Shown piece by piece: positions 9,768-18,970 of a stretch of DNA of 64,000 nt. How positions within the stretch are numbered: position 1 is the stretch's first letter; each line of letters opens with the position of its first letter. The DNA is taken from assembly GCA_963663165.1 (NCBI GenBank), contig OY760175.1, forward strand, positions 3,296,001 through 3,360,000. Direction: 5' to 3'. The notes under the pieces are model-generated. The model was given only the letters and a program-made list of their open reading frames with translations. It was not told the origin of the DNA and ran no database searches. This DNA comes from an uncultured Desulfospira sp. Its GTDB lineage: Bacteria; Desulfobacterota; Desulfobacteria; Desulfobacterales; Desulfobacteraceae. Position numbers and translations under genes: made by a program.

Positions 9768-10488
9768 TCAGTTCGAGTATGGCTTCAATATCGGCCCGGG
9801 CCTTTTCCCGGCTCACATCCTGCCATCCGTTCTCTCGGATGCGGGTCAGTTCTTTTAGAAACTGGCCCAGAACCTGGGTATATTTGGCTGAACGGCCAAG
9901 TCCGTCGGTCTCCCTGCCCCGGATTTCTCCGCTTTCCCGGCGCTGGGCCTGGATTTCATTAAAGGCACGGTTAATGGACTTTTCCCCTGACTGGACCTGC
10001 TCCCGGATATCCGGGCTTCCGTGTTCCATGACCTTTCTGGCTTTGTCCACCTTGCCGGGGCTGATGCCCAGTTCTCTGGCCTGGGCCGCGTTCTTTGCCT
10101 TTTTCGTGGTTTTTTTATCGGTTTCATCCGGCTTGTAAAGGGAATCCAGCACGGTCAGGCATTTAAAGATATCATCATCACTCAGATTGCGCCGGTTGCG
10201 CTGGACATGAAAACTGTAAAGCAGGGCATCATCTTCGTTTTCAAAGGGTTTATACACCACCGGCACCTGTTCAAGGCGCATGCTTATGGCTGCGGCAAAA
10301 CGGGTATGGCCGTCCACGACCACATGTCCCTTTTCCCAGACCACGATGGGAAAGACCGGGTCAAATCCGTTGGTTTCCATATCCTGGCATATGGCAGCAA
10401 GGGTTTCCTGCTGGATGGGGAAAAGTTTGTCAAAAGGGGCGCGGGTAGTCAGCGTGTCCGGGTTCACAAGGGTTGTGTTCAAATCCAT
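9760..10488 (-). CDS. ParB/Srx N-terminal domain protein
   Basis: GFDPVFPIVV...VVDGHTRFAAA...RRNLS, followed by an HTH-like segment. Confidence 0.85.
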   Translation of the reverse strand: MDLNTTLVNPDTLTTRAPFDKLFPIQQETLAAICQDMETNGFDPVFPIVVWEKGHVVVDGHTRFAAAISMRLEQVPVVYKPFENEDDALLYSFHVQRNRRNLSDDDIFKCLTVLDSLYKPDETDKKTTKKAKNAAQARELGISPGKVDKARKVMEHGSPDIREQVQSGEKSINRAFNEIQAQRRESGEIRGRETDGLGRSAKYTQVLGQFLKELTRIRENGWQDVSREKARADIEAILELIN

Positions 10489-10631
10489 TATGTTTTCCTG
10501 AATGAACGCTGCCGGCGTTCACGGGCTATCAGTCAGCAGGGCAAAATTCATTTCCAGGCCGCAGGTTTTACCTGAAACAGGCCAATTGTTCAAGATTTTT
10601 GTGAGGGCGATGGAGAGCGAGCGAAGCGAGA

Positions 10632-10707
10632 GGGTCAAACCTTGATTATGGCACTAAGTGAGGGGGTCATGGCCCCCTCACTTAGTGCCATAATCAAGGT
10701 TTGACCC
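10632..10707. repeat. Perfect 35-bp inverted repeat (REP-like long palindrome)
   Basis: GGGTCAAACCTTGATTATGGCACTAAGTGAGGGGG, 6-nt loop, exact reverse complement. Confidence 0.9.
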
Positions 10708-10885
10708 CATTTATATTTTATATTTACATATATTTACATGAGTGGACGAAATCCGGTTTTGCCTTTATGATATCCGGATGATAGGATAACGGCCTGCCCT
10801 TTGGGGTCAAACTGAGGCAGGCCACCGTTAATGCTAAACCGACCCCCTTATTCAGCTCGCTCAGGAGGGCTGAGGAGATACTGTA

Positions 10886-12415
10886 ATGCTGTTGTTTTCC
10901 CCCGTAAGATCCCCCCTTTCCTTTTTCCCGGATACCGGTAAAAAACGGACCGTCATTGGGGTGATACTGATCTTTGCCCTGGTTTTCCAGGGCAGCCTGG
11001 CCGAGCCGAAAACCAGTCCGCCTTTAAAAGTTCCTCCTCCGGCGTTTGGCCTTACCGCCGTTAAAAAAGAACTGAAAAGCCTGCTAACGGACTGGAAAGA
11101 AGTCGAATTTCATGTGGATGACGTGCTGGTCCGGCATGTGAGCTATTATATCAAATACTATACGGTTGAGGATGTGGTCCGGTCTAACAAGGCCATCCGG
11201 CGCAGCGAAGAATGCCTGCACACCATCACCTGTATCTTTAAGAAGTACAACCTTCCCGAAGATGTGGCCTTTGCCCTGCCCTTTGTGGAAAGCAGCTTTA
11301 ATCAGGGGGCCCGGTCAGGTGCCGGGGCTGTGGGCATGTTCCAGTTCCTTGAAAGCACTGCCCTTGACTATGGATTAAAGATCAATAACAGCGGGGAGGA
11401 CGAGCGAACGGATGTTAAAAATGCGGCTGAAGCCTGCGCCAAATACCTAAGAAACAACCGCAGGGTATTTGCCAGCACCATTTTAAGCCTGGCCGGTTAC
11501 CACCACGGGACCAAGCTGGTCACCGATGTGCTGTTAAGCTACGGCGATGAGCCCCAAAGAGAATTCGGGCCGATTTTCCGGAACAAAAAACTCGGGCCTT
11601 TTTCCAGGGAGTATATTCCCCAGTGCCTGGCAGCGGCACTGATATACCGCTACCTTAAACAAAACAGACTCAAGGTGCTGCAGGTCCCCCAATTTGAATC
11701 CCGGACCCTTGTTTCCAAAACAAAGGTGGCCGCCCTTCACAAAGAGGTTCCCGGCCTGTTTGGCATCAACCCGGACCTTGAGCATGCCGCATCAACTTAT
11801 GCTTATGCCAGTACCAACGGTTATGTTCTGCTTACAAAATTGAATTATCCGCCCCCGGGGGCCGAGATCATCCGGACCCTGCCCCAATGGGCCCAAAACC
11901 CTGAGCCTGTCCCGTCCGGCAGCACCAAAGTCAAAGGGCTGCCCAAAACCATTCATTACGTCGCCCAGACCCACAATGACCTGCCGGGCATTGCCGCGGT
12001 TTTCGGCACAAGCGTCAAGGCCCTCAGGTTCAATAACCGGTATCTGGCAAAGCGGAAACTTCGCCCCAAAGATATCATTGAAATTAAGGGCATGGCCCCC
12101 ACCACCCAGGTCATCAACGGCAGAAATTTGAACCCAGGCGTCCCGATGAGCATCAAAACCCTGGAGAATGAAACCCTTAAAACATTTTGCCAAAGGGTGA
12201 TTCAGACCATTCGCCTGGCCTGTCCGGAATCCCCATGGGAGATGGGCACAGACCTGACCCCTGAACTGATTTATTATTGGAATCACGATGCGTTAGGAAA
12301 TATCCAGCCCGATACCCCCTTAGAAGAGAATCTAAGCCTGACCATCTATTCGGATTACCGGTGGTATAAATCTGAAAAAGGGGGATTAGCGCCTGTTGTG
12401 CAGCAGGGTTTTTAA
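10886..12415 (+). CDS. Lytic transglycosylase (SLT, MltD-like) with LysM-like domain
   Basis: LPFVESSF (catalytic Glu), AGAVGMFQF, DERTD; YVAQTHNDLPGIAAVFGTSVKALRFNN LysM-like. Confidence 0.85.
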   Translation: MLLFSPVRSPLSFFPDTGKKRTVIGVILIFALVFQGSLAEPKTSPPLKVPPPAFGLTAVKKELKSLLTDWKEVEFHVDDVLVRHVSYYIKYYTVEDVVRSNKAIRRSEECLHTITCIFKKYNLPEDVAFALPFVESSFNQGARSGAGAVGMFQFLESTALDYGLKINNSGEDERTDVKNAAEACAKYLRNNRRVFASTILSLAGYHHGTKLVTDVLLSYGDEPQREFGPIFRNKKLGPFSREYIPQCLAAALIYRYLKQNRLKVLQVPQFESRTLVSKTKVAALHKEVPGLFGINPDLEHAASTYAYASTNGYVLLTKLNYPPPGAEIIRTLPQWAQNPEPVPSGSTKVKGLPKTIHYVAQTHNDLPGIAAVFGTSVKALRFNNRYLAKRKLRPKDIIEIKGMAPTTQVINGRNLNPGVPMSIKTLENETLKTFCQRVIQTIRLACPESPWEMGTDLTPELIYYWNHDALGNIQPDTPLEENLSLTIYSDYRWYKSEKGGLAPVVQQGF

Positions 12416-12419
12416 GGCG

Positions 12420-12640
12420 CCCCAGACAAAGCGGTCCCGATATCACATCAAGCAGTGTCACCCGTCAGAAAACACGGGCAATGAATGACTGGAACGGGTG
12501 TCCGGGGATAACCAGTGACAGACATGATGATTCTGGTCGGTGCCGGTCAGGCCGGCATGGCCATCGCCCGCAGGATGGGCTTTGGAATGAAGATCCTGGT
12601 AGGCGATGATACGATGGAAAACGCCATGGAGGGGCAATAA
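12420..12640 (+). pseudogene. Remnant of a cupin 3' end plus SDR oxidoreductase 5' end
   Basis: SENTGNE*LERVSGDNQ* (cupin-tail-like, internal TGA), then VTDMMILVGAGQAGMAIARRMGFGMKILVGDD...* (Rossmann GxGxxG, 12515-12640). Confidence 0.6.
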
Positions 12641-12692
12641 GTCTGCTTTGAATTCCTGCTTCCTGCCGCCTGTTTCCGGCTTCCAGCCAAAT

Positions 12693-13811
12693 CTACTCTT
12701 CCACAGAGCCGGCATCAATATCAAAAATTTTCTTGCCGTCCACATAGTCTTTGGATGCATATCGGGAAATGCTCCGAATTTTTGATGACAGTTCCATCAG
12801 CCTTAATGTGGACTTTTTGATCAGGGTAATCAGCCGGTCCTTCTGCTGGGGTTTCAGGTCCGGGTCACCGAGTTTTTCAATGCCGGTCAGGACCACCTGA
12901 AGCGGGTTGTTTAACTCGTGGCTCACGGCCCCGGCCATTTCAAGAACAGCCCTTAATTTTTCTTTTTCCCGGTGTTCTTTCTGGGCATGTTTCTGCTCGG
13001 TAATGTTCATGAAATATCCCAAGACAGCCCGGGATCCCTGGTAAATAACAGGCGTTACCGTCTCCATGACCCATTTGGTCTGATGATTGCTGTCCACCAC
13101 ACAGAGTTCATAGGGGGAGGTTCTTACACCGGTCAGCATCTGCATGGCGTTCCTGCGGGTCTTCTCCCGGTAATCGGCATGCACCAGGTCAAGAGAGCGC
13201 ATGCCCATGAGTTGCTCCTGGGGATAACCGATAATCCGGGAAAATTCAGGGTTCACATATTTGAAGCAGCCCTTTTGCAGGATATAACTGCCGATCAGGG
13301 CATTGTTCCGGCTGCGGGCAAGTTCTTCTTCAGCCTGCTTTTTCTGGGTATTATCCCGGATAAACCCCTCGATGGCCACGGCCCGGTTCCGGTTGTCCTG
13401 GACCACCGACCACCGGTCATGCATCCACCGGACCGTTCCGTCAGGACTGACATACCGGTATTCCACCTCGCCCTGGGTGTCGCCGGATTTCAGCGTGGTT
13501 GACCTGGCCAGCCTGAGTTTGTCCACATCATCGGGATGAATATGCTGAATGGCACTGTACGACGATAAAATTTTGCGCCCGTCTTCCTCAATCTCGTAAA
13601 GCTCCTGAAACCGTTTGTTGAAAAAAGGAAAGGTCCCGGATTCGATATCGAACAGGTATATGGCATCCTGGGAAAGGTCGGCAACATGCTGGAAACTCTC
13701 GGATAACGCCCGGATAATATCCCGGTCGCTGTTTTCGGCGCCATGACCAACGGCCTTCTCTAATTCCCGGATTCTGGCTTCGAGCTCTTCGTATGTCGGT
13801 TTCTGATTCAT
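12693..13811 (-). CDS. Two-PAS-domain protein with HisKA H-box but no ATPase domain
   Basis: KPTYEELE N-terminus; two PAS/PAC units (IHPDD, VHADY); AGAVSHELNNPL close to the C-terminus. Confidence 0.85.
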   Translation of the reverse strand: MNQKPTYEELEARIRELEKAVGHGAENSDRDIIRALSESFQHVADLSQDAIYLFDIESGTFPFFNKRFQELYEIEEDGRKILSSYSAIQHIHPDDVDKLRLARSTTLKSGDTQGEVEYRYVSPDGTVRWMHDRWSVVQDNRNRAVAIEGFIRDNTQKKQAEEELARSRNNALIGSYILQKGCFKYVNPEFSRIIGYPQEQLMGMRSLDLVHADYREKTRRNAMQMLTGVRTSPYELCVVDSNHQTKWVMETVTPVIYQGSRAVLGYFMNITEQKHAQKEHREKEKLRAVLEMAGAVSHELNNPLQVVLTGIEKLGDPDLKPQQKDRLITLIKKSTLRLMELSSKIRSISRYASKDYVDGKKIFDIDAGSVEE

Positions 13812-14025
13812 TTTTTTTAGAGGCAACGAAACCCCAAATCGGTTTCTTGTTTTATCCTCATGGGCTTTACTTCATTTGCTTTTTGAAAGACTGAATGAGT
13901 TTGGATTTAACACTGTCATGTCTGCAAAGTTTGACTCTTCAGAACTTTCGATCCTTGCTGTATTTTTTTACCCATCTAAGTTATGAGGAACTATAAGCGT
14001 AATGCAAATCTATTTCAACACATCT

Positions 14026-14280
14026 TTACTTTTTCTTAGAATGAATCAGTTCCAACGTTTGCTCAAGGATTGCCAAACGCTGCTGGTCTTCCGGCCGTTT
14101 AGAATGCCGCTTCAATTCGATCAGTGTTTCAAGATCCAGCACATGGACTTTAAACCCATGGAATTCTATTTCCACTACGTTTTTAACTAAATCTTTAAAA
14201 CCGAGCCCCTTTTCAACGGCTCCCCAAATGTCCATGGGACCAAATTTTGTGGAAAGAAGCTGATGTCCCGAACCTTTCAA
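14026..14280 (-). pseudogene. 3' fragment of a nucleotidyltransferase-like gene
   Basis: TKFGPMDI...VLDLETLIELKR...RPEDQQRL resembles the C-terminal half of this family; no RBS or N-terminus, abuts the stop of the upstream gene. Confidence 0.55.
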
Positions 14281-14284
14281 AGCC

Positions 14285-15730
14285 TCACCGGATCACCTGG
14301 GTGGATGAAATGGTGTTGATGCCGTACTTGTCGATCTTGGCATGAAGCGTGGGCCGGGAGATATCGAGAAGCCGGGCCGCCTGGGACCGGTTGCCGTTGG
14401 AGATCTTAAGGGCTTCCTCCACGGCCATGGCGCAGATGGTGTCGGCAAAATATTCAAAGCTGTGGTCTCCTGCGGGGCTCAGAAGGTTAGCGTGAACCCA
14501 CTGGCGGATGGTCTCTTCCTGGTCTGAATTCTGGGCGGGCGCGCCAGACTCCTGTTTCTGAAAAATCTGGCTTAAGTCACCAACGGACAGGGGGTTGCCC
14601 CGGTTAAAGATCAGGGCCTTGTGGATCAGGTTGGCCAACTCCCGGACATTGCCGGGCCATTCATACCGGGTCAGAAGGCTTAAGGCATCTTCCCGGATGC
14701 CGGGGTTGTCGATTTTAAGTTCATGGGAGAACCGCTCCAGGTAATGGGCAGTTAACGGTTTGATATCGCCTATACGTTCGCGCAGGGGCGGCAGCTCAAT
14801 GGTGACCACCTTGAGCCTGAAATACAGGTCTTCCCTGAAAATCCCCTGGGCAATGGCCTCTTTTAAGTCCCGGTTGGTGGCGGCAATAATGCGCACATCC
14901 ACCGGGATGGTCTCATCGCCCCCCAAGCGCTCAATACACCTTTCCTGGAGCAGTCTCAGGATTTTGGCCTGAATGGAGATGGGCATGTCCCCGATCTCAT
15001 CGAGAAACACCGTACCCCCGTGGGCCTGTTCTATCTTGCCGATATGCCGGCTGGCAGCGCCGGTAAAGGCCCCTTTTTCAAAGCCGAACAGCTCGCTTTC
15101 CAGAAGGTTTTCCGGAATGGCCACGCAGTTGATAATGGAAAAATTCTTATCGGCGCGGATCCCGTGCTGGTATACGGCCCGGGCCACCAGTTCCTTGCCG
15201 GTGCCCGATTCTCCCTGGATTAACACCGTGGCATCGGTCTGGGCCACACGGCCGATGGTTTTATATACCTTTTGCATGCCCGGGCTCTGGCCTACAATGG
15301 CGTCCGGGGAATAGGTCTTGGGTTCGGCCCCCACCTGGACCGGGGTCCGCATGCAATACCCCGCATCAATGGCCTGGGTGATGAGGTTGAGCATTTCCGG
15401 GATATCAAAGGGCTTGAGCAGGTAGTCAAAGGCCCCGGCCTTGGTGGCTTCAATGGCCGTGTCCGTGGTGCCGAAGGCCGTGACAATGATGGCCGGCAGG
15501 GTTGCATCTATGTTTTTGATGGCTTTAAATGCCTCAAGTCCGTTGATGCCGGGCAGCCGGACATCCAGGATGACCAGGTCCAGCTCCTTGGCCTGGATTT
15601 TGGCTATTTCAATACCGGCCTCCCCGGAAGCGGCAGATACCACTTCGTACCCTTCCTCGGTCAGCAGTTTGGAAAAACTGGTTCTCAGCTGGTCGTCGTC
15701 ATCAATGATCAGGATCTTTGCCATGAACAT
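14285..15730 (-). CDS. NtrC/AtoC-family sigma-54 response regulator (REC-AAA+-Fis HTH)
   Basis: REC domain; GESGTGKE, GAFTGA, WPGNVREL; HTH at C-terminus. Confidence 0.95.
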   Translation of the reverse strand: MFMAKILIIDDDDQLRTSFSKLLTEEGYEVVSAASGEAGIEIAKIQAKELDLVILDVRLPGINGLEAFKAIKNIDATLPAIIVTAFGTTDTAIEATKAGAFDYLLKPFDIPEMLNLITQAIDAGYCMRTPVQVGAEPKTYSPDAIVGQSPGMQKVYKTIGRVAQTDATVLIQGESGTGKELVARAVYQHGIRADKNFSIINCVAIPENLLESELFGFEKGAFTGAASRHIGKIEQAHGGTVFLDEIGDMPISIQAKILRLLQERCIERLGGDETIPVDVRIIAATNRDLKEAIAQGIFREDLYFRLKVVTIELPPLRERIGDIKPLTAHYLERFSHELKIDNPGIREDALSLLTRYEWPGNVRELANLIHKALIFNRGNPLSVGDLSQIFQKQESGAPAQNSDQEETIRQWVHANLLSPAGDHSFEYFADTICAMAVEEALKISNGNRSQAARLLDISRPTLHAKIDKYGINTISSTQVIR

Positions 15731-17189
15731 CCTCCCCGCAAGGCAGCGTTATGGTGAAACAGGCCCCCTGGGGATCTTCCCCCTGGGGACTGTCCAGCAC
15801 CAGGCAGCCGCCGTGTTCGTTGATAATATTGAAACAGATGCTCAGGCCCAGCCCTGTGCCCTGTTCTTTGGTGGTAAAAAACGGGTTGAAAATTTCGTCC
15901 TGGATGGGCTGGGGGATACCGGGCCCTGAGTCCTGGATTCTGATCACGGCCGTGTCCCTGTCCTTGTTGATGCTGTCCATGGTTTCGCTGATGGTGATCT
16001 GTCCCCCCTTTTCCATGGCCTCACAGGCATTGATGATGATATTGGCCATGGCCTCCTTGAGCTGGCCTGCATCCAGGAACACCTCGTCCAACGGGGCGGT
16101 GCGGACCAGTTCTACGGTCACACCATAGGATTTGAGCCGCTGATCCAGAAGGCGCAGGGTATTGTCCACCACCTGGGAGGGGCTGTGCTTTTTCATAGAC
16201 AGTTTAGGGGGTCTGGAAAACTCCAGGAAGTTTTCCAGAATTTTGTTGATCTGGCCGATTTCAGTGGAAATCACACTGATATTTTCCTGCTGGTCCGAGG
16301 ACAGCTGCCGGGACTTGCCCAGAGAAAACAGGCGCATTTTAATGGAAGTTAAGGGGTTTCTGATGGAGTGGGCCGTGCCTGCGGCAAGCTTTCCCACCAG
16401 GGCCATTTTTTCAGACTGCATTAAGGTTTGCCGGCTTCGCATGAGCTCGGCATGGGTATGCTCGGCATTTTCAATCAGGCCGTGGACACTGCTTTTCAGT
16501 GCTTTGAGTTCATTTCCGGATATCCGGCCCTGGCCCAAGTGGTCGGCTTCCTGGGCCAGTTTTCGAATGGGCTCCAAGATATGCCGGGTAAAGATATAAT
16601 TGATGAGCAGGCTGAGCAGGACCACGGTGACAATGGCCAAAAGCCCGATATAGCGAAGCCTGCCCGCATCCACCCGGCTGTCGGCCACCACAGAGTCAAT
16701 GGCCTTCTTATGAAAACTTTTAAATTTTTCGCACAACTCAAAAATTTTAAAAAAATTGGCCCGAACCTCCCGGTGCAGGGCAGCCCCGGCACCGGGGTCC
16801 CCTTTTTCATACAGGGTCAGGACCCGGTCTTTGGCGGCAATATAGATGATATAGACGGCTTCGATCCGGGCAAGGGCCTCTTTTTCCCAGGCGTCTTCGA
16901 CCAGGGGCTTGGCACAGGCCAGATGGGCGGTAAAATCATTTTTAAACTCATCCATCTGCCTGAGCCATTCAGGGTTCTTGTCCAGAAGGTAATAGGACAG
17001 ATACCCTTTCTGGTTGAGCAGCGAGGTTTCAAGGGCTTCGGCTGCCTGGTAAACAGGGAGATGTCTTTGAACAATGCCGTTGAACAGGTCTTCGGTCTTA
17101 TAGGTATACCAGATCAAGGCAATGGTTCCCATGACCGTAATTCCCAAAAGCACGGCATTGGCGAGATAGACCCTCTTTTTAAGGCTCAT
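15702..17189 (-). CDS. Membrane sensor histidine kinase (four-helix periplasmic sensor)
   Basis: Two TM segments; AHSIRNPL H-box; DSGPGI; FFTTK..GTGLGL. Confidence 0.93.
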   Translation of the reverse strand: MSLKKRVYLANAVLLGITVMGTIALIWYTYKTEDLFNGIVQRHLPVYQAAEALETSLLNQKGYLSYYLLDKNPEWLRQMDEFKNDFTAHLACAKPLVEDAWEKEALARIEAVYIIYIAAKDRVLTLYEKGDPGAGAALHREVRANFFKIFELCEKFKSFHKKAIDSVVADSRVDAGRLRYIGLLAIVTVVLLSLLINYIFTRHILEPIRKLAQEADHLGQGRISGNELKALKSSVHGLIENAEHTHAELMRSRQTLMQSEKMALVGKLAAGTAHSIRNPLTSIKMRLFSLGKSRQLSSDQQENISVISTEIGQINKILENFLEFSRPPKLSMKKHSPSQVVDNTLRLLDQRLKSYGVTVELVRTAPLDEVFLDAGQLKEAMANIIINACEAMEKGGQITISETMDSINKDRDTAVIRIQDSGPGIPQPIQDEIFNPFFTTKEQGTGLGLSICFNIINEHGGCLVLDSPQGEDPQGACFTITLPCGEDVHGKDPDH

Positions 17190-17240
17190 GACGTTTCCTC
17201 CCTGTCCTGTTTTTCATACCACACAAGGTTGAAAATATCA

Positions 17241-17681
17241 TCAAATATCGCCGGAGCGCCGCAGCAGCAATCTTTCTTCAGCCTTCCGGATCCGCTCTTC
17301 CTGTTCATCTTTGCGCTTCCTGGCATTGGCCACTTTAAGGTTGATATCGTCGAAATCCGCCGGTTTCATCAAATAATCAAAGGCCCCGGATTTCATGCCT
17401 TCCACGGCGGTTTCCGTGGAGCCGTGCCCGGTGAGCAGAATCACCTCCACCAGGGGATGGCGGGACTTGATTTTCTTGAGGGTTTCGATACCGTCCATAC
17501 CGGGCATGCGGATGTCCAGGATCACCACGTCAATGAGGCTTTTATCCAGAAGGTCAAGGGCCTCCTGTCCTGAATAGGCGGCCGTTACCTTTTCTCCCCG
17601 CCGCTCAAGGCGCATGGAAAACATTTCCACGAAATCCTTTTCATCGTCAACGATTAAAATTTTTACCGGTATTTTTATCAT
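17241..17681 (-). CDS. Single-domain response regulator
   Basis: ILIVDDE, LDIRMPGMDG, LTGHGS, YLMKP. Confidence 0.92.
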   Translation of the reverse strand: MIKIPVKILIVDDEKDFVEMFSMRLERRGEKVTAAYSGQEALDLLDKSLIDVVILDIRMPGMDGIETLKKIKSRHPLVEVILLTGHGSTETAVEGMKSGAFDYLMKPADFDDINLKVANARKRKDEQEERIRKAEERLLLRRSGDI

Positions 17682-17791
17682 GGGGGTCTCCTTTTAATTT
17701 AGGTTTTTAGGCTGAAGGGGTTTAGGCTGAAGGATATAAAATATTTTTTTCCTTACCAACCTTCAGTCTTCAGTCTATCCACTTTCAGTCT

Positions 17792-18952
17792 TTAGTCTGC
17801 CTGCTCAGGCAGGCAGACGGTAAATGTTGCGCCGCAGCCGGGCTCAGATTCCACATGGATGGTTCCGCCAAGCCCGGTCATTATTTTGTGAACCACAAAA
17901 AGCCCGAGCCCGGTGCCGGATTCATTGTCCCGGGCCTGGGTTTTGGTGGTGAAAAACGGGTCAAATATATTTTCCATATGCTCCTTTTTAATGCCGCTGC
18001 CGTTATCACTGATGTCAAGACAGACCGATGCCCCCTTCCGATAAAGGGCCAGCCGGATCTGTCCGCCCGTGTCTACAGCGTCCACGGCATTTTCGAGAAG
18101 GTTGATCAACACCTGGCGGACCTGGAAGGGATCCGTGTGCATGAGCATCCCGGTCTCAGTTTCCGGGGCCCATTCTACAGTGACCTTTTTGGCCTGGGTT
18201 TTCTGTTTGACCAGATCAATGGTGTCTTCGGTCAGTTGCCGGATATCCACCGGGATCAGCTCGCGCCCGTGTTTTCTGACAAAGCCCAGCAGCTGGTGGG
18301 TAATTTTCCTGGCCCGGTCCACGCTTTTTTCTATTTTCTCAAGGCCCTTGAACAAAATGGCCTTTTCAGGAACCGGGTCCGGTGATTCCAGCACCATGCG
18401 CATGAGGCCGGCCGACTCCTTGATTACGGCCAGGGGGTTGTTAATCTCATGGGCGATCCCCGTGGACATGGTCCCTAAGGCGGCCAGCCGCTGGGTGTGG
18501 ATCATCCGTTTTTCCAGTCTCCGCCGGAAAATTTTGTCCCGTTCCCTGGCCTCTTCCAGCCGTTTGAGCTCCCTGGCCTGGCGGATTTTGCCGGCCAGGT
18601 GATCCACTTCAACGGGTTTGGACAGGTAGTCAAAGGCGCCGGCCTTGACCCCTTCCACCCCTTCGGTCACGGCGGCGTTGCCGGTCAGAAAAATCACCTG
18701 AAGACCGGGATGGTACTTCTGAATGGCGTGGAAGGTCTCCATGCCGGACATGCCCGGCATTTTCATATCCACCACGGCCACATCAATTTCCTTTGCCGCC
18801 AGGATTTCCAGGCAGGAGGCCCCGTCCCCGGTGTCGGTCACGATCATGTTCCGGCGTTGAAGACGCCGGGCCAGGGCCTGGCGAAAACTTTGTTCATCAT
18901 CCACCAGCACCACCCTCACAGGGGATGGCTCTTTAGGGCTGTTGGTTTCCAT
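17792..18952 (-). CDS. Hybrid REC-HisKA-HATPase protein
   Basis: N-terminal REC; AHEINNPL; DNGSGI; GTGLGL. Confidence 0.93.
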   Translation of the reverse strand: METNSPKEPSPVRVVLVDDEQSFRQALARRLQRRNMIVTDTGDGASCLEILAAKEIDVAVVDMKMPGMSGMETFHAIQKYHPGLQVIFLTGNAAVTEGVEGVKAGAFDYLSKPVEVDHLAGKIRQARELKRLEEARERDKIFRRRLEKRMIHTQRLAALGTMSTGIAHEINNPLAVIKESAGLMRMVLESPDPVPEKAILFKGLEKIEKSVDRARKITHQLLGFVRKHGRELIPVDIRQLTEDTIDLVKQKTQAKKVTVEWAPETETGMLMHTDPFQVRQVLINLLENAVDAVDTGGQIRLALYRKGASVCLDISDNGSGIKKEHMENIFDPFFTTKTQARDNESGTGLGLFVVHKIMTGLGGTIHVESEPGCGATFTVCLPEQAD

Positions 18953-18970
18953 GGCTTTGTCAAAAACCTC

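Noticed and set aside
8277..12415. Prophage or complete contractile injection system (sheath, ParB, transglycosylase)
   Set aside because: The genes are not co-oriented, and no tube, baseplate, capsid or integrase genes are present
16428..17573. 381-aa plus-strand ORF (likewise 55029-56024, 34073-34882, 33065-33811)
   Set aside because: Antisense shadows of well-supported genes
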